Positions 1 to 8,218 of a stretch of DNA of 64,000 nt are shown here, one piece after another. The notes beneath the pieces were generated by a model. The model saw only the letters and a program-made list of their open reading frames with translations. It was not told the origin of the DNA and did not search any database. This DNA comes from a virus (taxonomy: Duplodnaviria > Caudoviricetes): the IMG/VR virus record IMGVR_UViG_3300028603_000024, positions 38,030 to 102,029 of that record; one strand, given 5' to 3'. Position 1 is the first letter of the stretch. Every line of letters starts with the position of its first letter. The position numbers and the translations under genes are program-made.

Positions 1-119
1 GCGATAAATTTCTGCGCCGCCGCTGCAGGGCCTCGGCAAACTTGCGCGTCCCGGTTGACCCGCAGCGTTAACCTGCCATTATCCTGCTCACCCAGCAAGT
101 ATAAATCTACGGGTTGCAT
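1..119 (-). CDS. partial; probable gp25-like baseplate/sheath-initiator protein
   Basis: Own translation from ATG at 119: MQPVDLYLLGEQDNGRLTLRVNRDAQVCRGPAAAAQKFI..., runs off the window. The G-x4-AQKF segment resembles the start of the gp25 core; baseplate context. Confidence 0.4.
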   Translation of the reverse strand, partial: MQPVDLYLLGEQDNGRLTLRVNRDAQVCRGPAAAAQKFI

Positions 120-521
120 TTACGCCGTCCTCGTGGTGATGATCGCGTTGATATAATTTATCGCCGTATTGCAGGTCGCCAATCGATTCGCCGCGTTAGC
201 CGCCGCTATTAACCGACCCACGCGAGGCCGTCGCCGCTGCAGCACATCTCGGGTGACGGCCGCCAAGAAGTCGTGTTGGATTGCCGCGACTAACCCCGCC
301 GTCTCCTCCGTCTCTGCCGCCTTTTCTACCACCTGCTTGAATCGTTCATTTATCTCAGCCCTCTCCAAACCCCGCAGCGAAGCCTCCCTACTTACGGGAG
401 CCTCGTCTGAAAATCGGATCCAGCTCGGCTGGGCCTCGTTGCACAGAGCGGCCACGTCATTCTCGGCTTTCGCCCGAAGTTGTGAGGCGGCGTGAGCGAA
501 GTTTTCGAACAATTCAGGCAC
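120..521 (-). CDS. hypothetical protein (baseplate region)
   Basis: 133 aa, overlaps the stop of the upstream gene and abuts the next ATG; no motif recognised. Confidence 0.6.
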   Translation of the reverse strand: MPELFENFAHAASQLRAKAENDVAALCNEAQPSWIRFSDEAPVSREASLRGLERAEINERFKQVVEKAAETEETAGLVAAIQHDFLAAVTRDVLQRRRPRVGRLIAAANAANRLATCNTAINYINAIITTRTA

Positions 522-1203
522 TTAGGGCGACTCCTGCTTCTGCCAATAGTTGTCGAACCGTATTAAGTCGTTGGCTGACAGCCGCGGGAGAAATTTTCAG
601 CTTCTTTGCTATCTCCTTGGCGGGCAGCACGGGAGCGCCGTTATAACCGGTCAAGTGTTCCATGATTACCTTGCCGCGGCTGTCCAGATCCGCATAAACC
701 ATATCCTGCAGAAGCCCCTCGTTGGTTAACTCTTCTTCGACGTCGTTATCGCCTTGGTTAATAATCTCCGGCACGGAGCCGGCCCGCAGCTGCCGCACTT
801 TTTTCAAGGAGATGCCTAAGCGATCCGCGATATCAGAATCGGCGGGTTCAAAACCGGTATCGGCTTCAAGCTGTGCCACAATGTCTTTAACCCGCATCGC
901 CTCACGAGCTCGTACCTCGGGGACCTTGGTGGTAAATTTAGTGCCCCGGACATCCCTGACGAGTCGTTGTAGTTGTGTCTGAGCCCAAGACCTGAACTGC
1001 GTTCCCGAGTCAGCCCTGTAGCTCTTAGCTGCCTCTGCCACAATACGACGTCCCAACCCCCTCGTCAAGGGACTAACCTGACCGCCGGCACTTCGGATCG
1101 CCCGATCTATATCCGGGGCCGTTGCCGAGAGTATGGAATGCATGCCGGCAGGACTAGGCTTCTTGTGCCAACGAGAAAAGGCTGTATTCGAATCCTGTTC
1201 CAT
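514..1203 (-). CDS. phage-encoded sigma-70-family factor (compact, regions 2-4)
   Basis: Region 2.3-like EAAKSYRADSGTQFRSWA; region 3 EPADSDIADRLGISLKKV; region 4 HTH LDSRGKVIM...AKEIAKKLKISPAAVSQR. Confidence 0.8.
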   Translation of the reverse strand: MEQDSNTAFSRWHKKPSPAGMHSILSATAPDIDRAIRSAGGQVSPLTRGLGRRIVAEAAKSYRADSGTQFRSWAQTQLQRLVRDVRGTKFTTKVPEVRAREAMRVKDIVAQLEADTGFEPADSDIADRLGISLKKVRQLRAGSVPEIINQGDNDVEEELTNEGLLQDMVYADLDSRGKVIMEHLTGYNGAPVLPAKEIAKKLKISPAAVSQRLNTVRQLLAEAGVALSA

Positions 1204-1209
1204 AGTCTT

Positions 1210-1218
1210 ATTGTACCA
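1210..1218 (-). promoter_or_regulatory. extended -10 promoter (TGGTACAAT), probably giving a leaderless sigma mRNA
   Basis: TGnTAnnnT lies 6 nt before the ATG at 1203; no Shine-Dalgarno present. Confidence 0.5.
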
Positions 1219-1223
1219 CGTTC

Positions 1224-2840
1224 CTAAAAGGACGGCGTCACGCCGGGGATGTTAACAAGTGGGGAACCGGCCCAGGAGGTTTGAAAAAATGGGTTATCGC
1301 TTAAAGAAAAACAGGTCTCGTGAGCGAGCCGCAGGTGGCTTAATTCCAGGACGGTACGACAACCCTCGTCTGCGGAAATGGTGACATGTACGATGCTTAC
1401 ACTCGCCAAGCAACCCTCCGCGGTATACCCTGGTACGTCGAAGTCGGGGTTACCGCCAACGATACGCACCGTCGAACCGGGGCAGACGTCGAAACGTAAA
1501 CGCGTAACAGCCGCCAAGGGCCGGAACTTAAAAACCTCGGCCATATAAATTGCTTTGGCCAGTTGGTTAGCAAACGCTTCTTTATAGGCGGTTTTGGCTT
1601 GAGTCGCCGCTCTCTGATCCCCCATCTGTGAGGCCTGCGGGGGACCCAGGGCATTACGGCTTAAGGATCGTAACATATCCCCGCCGAGATGCGGTGTGAG
1701 CCAAGGGTGTGCTTTCTGAGTCAGAAACTGCCCGGGGTTGTCCCCCACCAGCGAGGCAGGGATGGCGGGGTCGGCGGCTATGTCGTAGAACCCGACCACT
1801 CCCGGCACTCGCCCAGCGGAGATGCCGAAGACGGCCGGAATATCATTCATTAATATCACGCCCCGCAGACCCCTTGGCAACTTGGCGTTAGGAGAGAGAC
1901 TCCAAAGCTCATTTGCCGGGATCTCCAGCCAATGCCGATCAAGAGCGGGGACCCAGGGAACGAAAGCGGCGGTTTCCACGGTAGGTACGATGGCACACAT
2001 CGTAGCGCCAGCGATACGAAGCATCTTACTCCAGAGTGTCGGAGATCCTTCCTGATTCCAGAGGATGTGCCCCAAGCCGGCGTCGAAATCCCGAATGACG
2101 GCGGCGTTGACGCCGGCCTGACTCAGCAGAGGTAAAGGCGAGATGGCGATGTGCTTCGCATCATCCATCCTTTCCAGTACCGCCGCAGCAGCAGCGTTGG
2201 GCGCCTCGTAACCCACTAGATTCTTGATGTAGCCGGACTCGTGGACTCGGCCGATTTGTGCCGAGAACTGAGACTGTTTTGACGTAGAACGGGCTACCTC
2301 GAGTAGCACCGGTTTAATGGCTCCGACCCAAAAATCCTGGTAGGCCGAAAATTTCCATTGCACATCACTATTAACGGTGGCCGTGGCCTGCCCCCGGAAA
2401 CCGTAGGGCCTGTAGGTATTCTCGGCGCTTGCAGGGTCCATCAGAGAATTTAACCAGTGCGTGCTATCCAACTTATCGAGCCAGTGCACGAGACCGATGG
2501 AGACGCCCAAACCGTTACCGATCTGCGGCGCCGCGGAGCTGATAAAGCCGTCAAAAATCATGATCGGCGTACCCGGCCACGTCTGATCGGGGCCGGCCTG
2601 GCCGGTGAGCTGCACATACATCTTTACAGACATACCGCGATACAATTTTTGCCCCAGCTCGTGAGCCTTTGATCGAGTAGAAGGGTTTGCGGCGTCGACG
2701 CCGGTGTTCAGAGTTACCGTAGCCGTCGGAATGCTGTTGACGGCGAACCGTAATTTGATATCTCGGACCGGAACTTCGCCGGCGCCATCAACCACCAGCC
2801 AGAGTTGAACATCGGTGGCGTAATGAGGAACACTAGGCAT
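1224..2840 (-). CDS. baseplate hub-like tail protein (gp27/Mu gp44-like)
   Basis: 538 aa; N-terminal FAVNSIPTATVTL...IFDGFI and C-terminal RFDVCPGSTVRI patterns; lies downstream of the tape measure gene. Confidence 0.55.
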   Translation of the reverse strand: MPSVPHYATDVQLWLVVDGAGEVPVRDIKLRFAVNSIPTATVTLNTGVDAANPSTRSKAHELGQKLYRGMSVKMYVQLTGQAGPDQTWPGTPIMIFDGFISSAAPQIGNGLGVSIGLVHWLDKLDSTHWLNSLMDPASAENTYRPYGFRGQATATVNSDVQWKFSAYQDFWVGAIKPVLLEVARSTSKQSQFSAQIGRVHESGYIKNLVGYEAPNAAAAAVLERMDDAKHIAISPLPLLSQAGVNAAVIRDFDAGLGHILWNQEGSPTLWSKMLRIAGATMCAIVPTVETAAFVPWVPALDRHWLEIPANELWSLSPNAKLPRGLRGVILMNDIPAVFGISAGRVPGVVGFYDIAADPAIPASLVGDNPGQFLTQKAHPWLTPHLGGDMLRSLSRNALGPPQASQMGDQRAATQAKTAYKEAFANQLAKAIYMAEVFKFRPLAAVTRLRFDVCPGSTVRIVGGNPDFDVPGYTAEGCLASVSIVHVTISADEGCRTVLELSHLRLAHETCFSLSDNPFFQTSWAGSPLVNIPGVTPSF

Positions 2841-3597
2841 TGCGGAGCTCCTCTGCCCGCCAAACCCACGCCAGCAGAAAGGCCGCGAATTTCAGGGCGT
2901 CGGATCTGTTGTTTGACCATAAGGAGTGAAAGGTAGACAGCGGCTCCGAGGACCGCAAGGCAAACAGCTCTCCATACCACTGACCGGAGGAACTCTCTAA
3001 GTTCTGTAGGATCTCCGCGATGCTCTGACTCACAGGAACCACCGTTGTTACTCGCCAAGCGCCGTCTGCGGCGAGAGGCACGCGGATATGCAGGCCGCTG
3101 CGGGCTACGGCAATTGGTGCTGACCAATCACCCGCCGCACCGGCAGGAACGGACGTCGATGTGCCGCGGATCAGGTCCTGAACGGTTACTACGCCGCCGA
3201 CGAGAAGAACTTCGAAGTCATTGTAGGCTTTACCGTCGGAGTGTTCGGCGGGCACGCCGGTAAGTTGCGGGGAGCTCGCACCGTCGAGCGGGGTCAACAG
3301 GGCAAGGGGTAGAGAATCGTCGAGCAACACCGGAGCTTGGTAGGACAGCCTAGAATCGTAATACCCTACGAAGGAAGACAGTTCTGAGAGGTGCAGAATA
3401 TTCAGGTACCGAGCCGCTGACCAGTTCAACGACCAACTGTCCGGACCGCTGCCAAAAAGTATCCGCCAAGTGCTCCGCATCGCCGGCGACAGAGAGACTG
3501 GTCGGAATGCGGGATCCACATACTGAGCCCAGTCACAATCTGTGTTTAACGACGCGGCACTGCTATTGAGCAACAGTGTTCGTAGATGATTTACCAT
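2833..3597 (-). CDS. hypothetical tail/baseplate protein
   Basis: Track ORF 2833..3660; likely start MVNHLR at 3597 after GAGG; overlaps the hub gene start. Confidence 0.55.
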   Translation of the reverse strand: MVNHLRTLLLNSSAASLNTDCDWAQYVDPAFRPVSLSPAMRSTWRILFGSGPDSWSLNWSAARYLNILHLSELSSFVGYYDSRLSYQAPVLLDDSLPLALLTPLDGASSPQLTGVPAEHSDGKAYNDFEVLLVGGVVTVQDLIRGTSTSVPAGAAGDWSAPIAVARSGLHIRVPLAADGAWRVTTVVPVSQSIAEILQNLESSSGQWYGELFALRSSEPLSTFHSLWSNNRSDALKFAAFLLAWVWRAEELRNA

Positions 3598-3616
3598 AGT
3601 CGCCTCAATTAATCGC

Positions 3617-4333
3617 TTACAGCGGGAGCCGGGCTGAAGTGAACAAGCCGGATCCAACACTAGCAGCCGGGGGTTTCCAGTCGACCGCAGCCGCTGAGGT
3701 CATCTCGCCCCCGTAAGACGGAGACCCAGCCGCTGAGGTCATCTCGCCCCCGTAAGACGGAGACCCAGCCGCTGAGGTCATCTCGCCCCCGTAAGACGGA
3801 GACCCAGCCGCTGAGCTTCCAGAGCTGGGTGATTCCGAGGATTCGGGTTGGTTTTGCTTGGCTCGGTCGATCAGGCCGTCAAAATTCGGAAGCATCGCCA
3901 AAGACATAGACCATTGGAATACGCGTGTTGTGGGGTCGCTGGTCCCAAGATCCACGCCGTGCAGAAAACCGGAGAAGCTGGTTTTTCCGATCGTGATCAC
4001 CAACGGTGCGATAGTAGCGGAGACTCTGTTGGTGGCGTAAAACTGCAGGATGCTGTTGGCACCGTCCATAGCGGAGCCACGGCCGCCGTCGCCGCAGAAT
4101 TGACCCACAAACGCGGATCCCGATATTTTCATCTGACCCACTCGATCTCCGTAGGCGTAAATAAAGACCGCTCGAGCCAAGGAGGGTTGAATCTGTATAT
4201 TCGCGGCTTGACTGCAGGAGACCTGCGTCAGCAAAACACCGTTGGCCCGCAGGCCGGGAACACTGATCACGGCAGGCAGAGCTCCTCCGGAGACTACCGC
4301 GAGTCTGCCGACATTGTCATAAAAGACTTTCAT
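3617..4333 (-). CDS. tube-initiator-like baseplate protein with a C-terminal tandem repeat
   Basis: Directly after the tape measure gene (ATGA overlap); Q-x3-L-x4-FIYAYGDRVGQMKISG resembles the tube protein at 10924..11415. Confidence 0.5.
   Translation of the reverse strand: MKVFYDNVGRLAVVSGGALPAVISVPGLRANGVLLTQVSCSQAANIQIQPSLARAVFIYAYGDRVGQMKISGSAFVGQFCGDGGRGSAMDGANSILQFYATNRVSATIAPLVITIGKTSFSGFLHGVDLGTSDPTTRVFQWSMSLAMLPNFDGLIDRAKQNQPESSESPSSGSSAAGSPSYGGEMTSAAGSPSYGGEMTSAAGSPSYGGEMTSAAAVDWKPPAASVGSGLFTSARLPL
3688..3815. repeat. 39-bp perfect tandem repeat, 3 copies plus 11 bp (SAAGSPSYGGEMT)
   Basis: Unit cagccgctgaggtcatctcgcccccgtaagacggagacc repeated without spacers. Confidence 0.95.
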
Positions 4334-6975
4334 CGCAGTGTCTCCGCTTCATCTTTCCCAGGCCCAGGCTGCCGGGTCGGCGAACTGGCGGAATCTTTTT
4401 CTTTGCCCTCTACGTGGACTACGTCGGCTCGAATACTTACCGTGTTTGCCGTCATACCCCCTTCAAGCGATTGAGCAGCGACCTGGGTGCCTCGCGTGTC
4501 CACCACCAACTTACCATCTGCGGTTTGATGAAGAATGTTACTTAACGTGCCGCCCCAACGCTCGTTGATCGCCGTCAAGCGTTTCCGGGTCTCTGTAACG
4601 TCGATCTCGTGATCGCTGCCGGCCACCTCGTCGAGCCCCTTGAGGTCCGCCAGGAGTTGCTTATAAACTTCCTGGGACGACATCCCGGATCGCTCAGCAA
4701 ATACCGTGGCTCGACTCTTAAGCCACTGTCCTCCGGCGTCGCTGTCGAGGAATCGGCGAAGCCCTCCGACCTGCTCTTTCAACAGCTGTCGTCGCTCCGG
4801 GAAGTTTTCTTCTATATATTTCAGATGTCCTAGAGTTTTTTCAACCCTCGCTTGTTCGCCGCGGGTAGCGAAGATGTTATATTCTTCCGGTTTATATTCG
4901 CCCCCTTCACCGAGAACGGTAAACGAGGTACTCTTATATTTCTCAGCCGCAGCCTTGGCCTCGGGAGAGTCGGCGCCGTACTCGTTAATCGCGGCGTGCA
5001 GGGCCGTGAAATCCTCGTGCAGTTGACCCAAGCCCCCGGAAGGTGCCCAATCTTTGCCCAAGGCCTTACCGAGCGTTTGCATAGCTAACGCGTCGGGAGC
5101 CCCGAAGACGCCTTTTAGAAACTGGTCCATGGAAACCGGGGCGGTGCTACCGAGGAGCGAGGATATCCGCTCCCCCAAGGGGCCGTTGGCCCCTACGCCG
5201 GTGGCTTTTATAACCTGCTCGATGCCGGCCAGCCGAGCGGCCTGAGCCGCTCGAGCCTCCTGGGCCTTGGCGGAAGCATTCGAAGTAATGTTGGCAGCAT
5301 CATATTGCGATATTCCTGATGTGCCTCGCAAGAAGGTGCTGCTCTGTTCCCAGACTTCACGAGCCAGACCGACGTCGTCCCCCAACACTGCCGCCATAGC
5401 TTTTATACGACCCTCTTGATCCTGTGAGGAGGAGCCATTAATTGCCGCCACTAATTCCGTGGCGCGATTCCGAACATCCCCTTGGGAAGAACCGGCCATG
5501 GAGTTAATCAAACTAGAGGAGCGACTGATAGCGTCGGCCATGGATTGCCGGAGTCGCCCTCGCGTAATGGCGGAGGTGTCGACGTGCTCAAAATACTGCG
5601 AGTTTGAGAGTTGATCGGAAAAGAAAGCGGAAGCCGCCTCGGAGGTCGAGAACTCCTGCCCGAATCTCTCGGCAAGGGCGGTGGGGTTGCTCAGGTTTTG
5701 CATATCCTCGTCTGTCAACTGTCCGTTACGTATCTTTGCCGCCAATTCCTGAACGCCGGCATTCTTCGATCTCCGGGCCAACCGGAGAACACCGCCGGCG
5801 CCGGACATCCCTGGCGACTGATACATCGCGTGGCGGGACATGGTGAGATAATTGGTCATCTCGTTGTAATCCCACTGCCCCCATACATCTTCGTGCGACC
5901 TGGCAGCCATCACGCCGCCGGCCTGATTGGCAATATCTGTTGCGATATCCACGCCCACCACGCCGGGCATCCCGAGCTGCCTCGCAAACATAGCGTTCAT
6001 CCGGGCAGATTCCAGCATCAGCTCCGGTCGTAAGCCGTTAATCGCGGTAGTGCTTTTTAGCCGATCCACTAAGCCCTGTAGTTGCGAAGCATCCATATGC
6101 TGCAAACCACCCTGCGTCAGCTCTTGGAGGTTTTGGAACAGCTGCGTTATGGGCTTGTCTCGGCCGAATAGGTCCTTCAGACTGCTGACCATAGCGTTGG
6201 CTTTTTTGGAAAATTCAACCATTCCGCTGTCACTCATGCCGAAGTCGAGCACGAAGTTACGACTCATGCTGGCGATTGTTTCGCCTATCTCGCCTCGGTT
6301 CAATCCTTGCGTAAAAACACGGTCCGAAACACCCGACAGACCGCCGCCGTCCGTGTAGGGCATATAGGCTCCTCCCAGAACGCCGGTAACGCGTCCGACT
6401 TCCTCCGGAGTCATTTGCAGGTGCCGTGTGCCGCTGTAGATCGCATTAGCCATCTGTTGGCTGGTACCACCGAATCCCATATTTGCGAAGCGGTTGATTA
6501 CATTCTGTGCTCCCAGTGCGGATACCGCGGGGTTGTTTAGGACGCCCAAGGCGGCCTGAGCCATCGCGGTGGGAGCGCCTACGGTATCTCCCATCAGAGG
6601 GCCAGTCATTCGAGCCAGCATGGCTCGTAACTGCTCCACGTCCATCTGCTGTGTCATGCCCTGCAAGGAAGCCAAATCTTGCTGCTGCCTGTAGTACATT
6701 GCCGTGGCTGCCGGACCGTAGCTGTTGCCCATCGGGGTTATCGGATGCCCCAGCATGGAGCTGATCTGCATGATGATCGCGGAGATCGGCGAGTTGGCCA
6801 GGTGTCCGAGAGCCGCTTGACCCGCGCTGGCGCCTCCGTCAAAGGGGTCCCGAACCCAGGGATTTGCGCCGCCCGGCAGCATATGAGGCGACAGATGCGA
6901 GGGGGTCAGATTCCCCGCCCACGGGCCGGAGGCGTCGGAATAATACGGATTTCCAAAGGCATCATTCACTCCCAC
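4330..6975 (-). CDS. tail tape measure protein
   Basis: About 880 aa, Ala/Gly/Met/Gln-rich and helical, immediately after the frameshifted chaperone pair. Track start is 7005; the GTG at 6975 follows a GGAGG. Confidence 0.7.
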   Translation of the reverse strand: MGVNDAFGNPYYSDASGPWAGNLTPSHLSPHMLPGGANPWVRDPFDGGASAGQAALGHLANSPISAIIMQISSMLGHPITPMGNSYGPAATAMYYRQQQDLASLQGMTQQMDVEQLRAMLARMTGPLMGDTVGAPTAMAQAALGVLNNPAVSALGAQNVINRFANMGFGGTSQQMANAIYSGTRHLQMTPEEVGRVTGVLGGAYMPYTDGGGLSGVSDRVFTQGLNRGEIGETIASMSRNFVLDFGMSDSGMVEFSKKANAMVSSLKDLFGRDKPITQLFQNLQELTQGGLQHMDASQLQGLVDRLKSTTAINGLRPELMLESARMNAMFARQLGMPGVVGVDIATDIANQAGGVMAARSHEDVWGQWDYNEMTNYLTMSRHAMYQSPGMSGAGGVLRLARRSKNAGVQELAAKIRNGQLTDEDMQNLSNPTALAERFGQEFSTSEAASAFFSDQLSNSQYFEHVDTSAITRGRLRQSMADAISRSSSLINSMAGSSQGDVRNRATELVAAINGSSSQDQEGRIKAMAAVLGDDVGLAREVWEQSSTFLRGTSGISQYDAANITSNASAKAQEARAAQAARLAGIEQVIKATGVGANGPLGERISSLLGSTAPVSMDQFLKGVFGAPDALAMQTLGKALGKDWAPSGGLGQLHEDFTALHAAINEYGADSPEAKAAAEKYKSTSFTVLGEGGEYKPEEYNIFATRGEQARVEKTLGHLKYIEENFPERRQLLKEQVGGLRRFLDSDAGGQWLKSRATVFAERSGMSSQEVYKQLLADLKGLDEVAGSDHEIDVTETRKRLTAINERWGGTLSNILHQTADGKLVVDTRGTQVAAQSLEGGMTANTVSIRADVVHVEGKEKDSASSPTRQPGPGKDEAETLR

Positions 6976-7429
6976 GGATAAAGCCCTCCGGCAGCCCGAA
7001 TTCAACGCCGTTCTTTAACGCCTCCGCCAGACGCGCTGTCTCCGCCAGTATCTCCGGATCGTCCATACGGCCCCAATTACTTTCCCACGTCTGCAAATCT
7101 CGTTGGTAAGCATCTTGCTCAGCCTGTTTTAGCTCTTGTTCAACGTCAAGCCAGGGTTGATACAAACCCATCAACCGCAACCCTGTCTTCTGGAGAACTT
7201 CGGCGCGCTGCTCCCGGTATTCGTTGCTGGCAAACGGCGCCGATGCGTCCTGAACGTTTCTCATGTAAAGGAGCTTGTCTATTTCAATCAAGCTTTCACG
7301 ACGCAAATGTCGGAGTAACAGGGCTTCCCGAATACGCCCTCTCGTGTCGTTAAGCTTTAGAGGTTTCAACAACCCCCGAGAAGCAGCGACCACCATCATA
7401 GCGCAGACGGGGTCGCCCCGGAAAAATCC
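6962..7429 (-). CDS. tail assembly chaperone, C-terminal (-1 frame, lambda gpT-like) part
   Basis: Track ORF 6962..7474 overlaps the end of the upstream gene in the -1 frame; no clear RBS of its own. Confidence 0.65.
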   Translation of the reverse strand, partial: GFFRGDPVCAMMVVAASRGLLKPLKLNDTRGRIREALLLRHLRRESLIEIDKLLYMRNVQDASAPFASNEYREQRAEVLQKTGLRLMGLYQPWLDVEQELKQAEQDAYQRDLQTWESNWGRMDDPEILAETARLAEALKNGVEFGLPEGFIRGSE

Positions 7430-8109
7430 GGTTTTACACTCCTTGCCATAAGCAACTGTTGCAGGGTGTCCCACTCGATGAAGCGTCGATAGATCAGATC
7501 ATACATCGCTACCGACATACCTTCTTCGCCCTCGTCAAAAATGCTCTCATCACGACGAACACAAAGGCACGTATCCTCGGCCCTGAAATCTTCCCGAGTC
7601 GGAGGCGGGAAGGTGCGATTTGTTTGTACTCGGTCCTCGGCGTCTGTCGCCAGGATTGACACGAGGGCGAAGGACAGCTGCAACCTGTTCTGCCTCGCGT
7701 AGGCCACGCGTACGTCGTTCAGGGCGCCTGTAGACAGTTCTTTGGCCAGTTGCTGATTTACGTCATCCGTCTCCCGCAGCCGGAGGCTCCGAAAGGTGAT
7801 ACGGAGTCGCCCGCCCATTTCGAAGTAGGTTTTCTGCCACCGGCCGCCGGCCAAGGTATACCTCGTAAACTCCTGCCGATCCTCATCGGTCGGTACAACT
7901 CTTACCGGCTGCGCCGGATCCCGGCCGCAGAATTGACAATGTTTAACGGAAGCTGAGGGAGCCTCTTCCACGGTCTCCTCGACCTCCGCCGTGGGGGTCT
8001 CAGGGGGGGACTCCGTCGCAACCGTAGGAGTAGAGCCCTCCACGAGTTGCTGCACAGCCTCCTCTTCGATTGGTGTGTTTCTCCTGAGGGGTAACCCGTT
8101 GATCGCCAT
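7396..8109 (-). CDS. tail assembly chaperone (lambda gpG-like)
   Basis: 237 aa, acidic N-terminus, CxxC, ITFRSL motif; ends KPDF-SGATPSAL at a slippery site upstream of the tape measure gene. Confidence 0.65.
   Translation of the reverse strand: MAINGLPLRRNTPIEEEAVQQLVEGSTPTVATESPPETPTAEVEETVEEAPSASVKHCQFCGRDPAQPVRVVPTDEDRQEFTRYTLAGGRWQKTYFEMGGRLRITFRSLRLRETDDVNQQLAKELSTGALNDVRVAYARQNRLQLSFALVSILATDAEDRVQTNRTFPPPTREDFRAEDTCLCVRRDESIFDEGEEGMSVAMYDLIYRRFIEWDTLQQLLMARSVKPDFSGATPSAL
7421..7429 (-). promoter_or_regulatory. programmed -1 frameshift site GGATTTTTC
   Basis: Frame 0 reads CCG GAT TTT TCC; -1 frame reads GGA TTT TTC CGG and is open to 6962. Confidence 0.65.
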
Positions 8110-8218
8110 AAATCCCTACTTTCCGGCACGTATCGTGTGCCACAATTCTCGGTGCCCAACCAGACCCGCTCTGTCTCCTGAGCGTTCATCCCCCTCCAGG
8201 CGAGGGCATACCTGTCCC

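Noticed and set aside
3688-3815. Possible CRISPR array (also 16836..16976 and 44998..45123)
   Set aside because: Units are contiguous with no unique spacers, have lengths that are multiples of 3 and lie in frame within genes.
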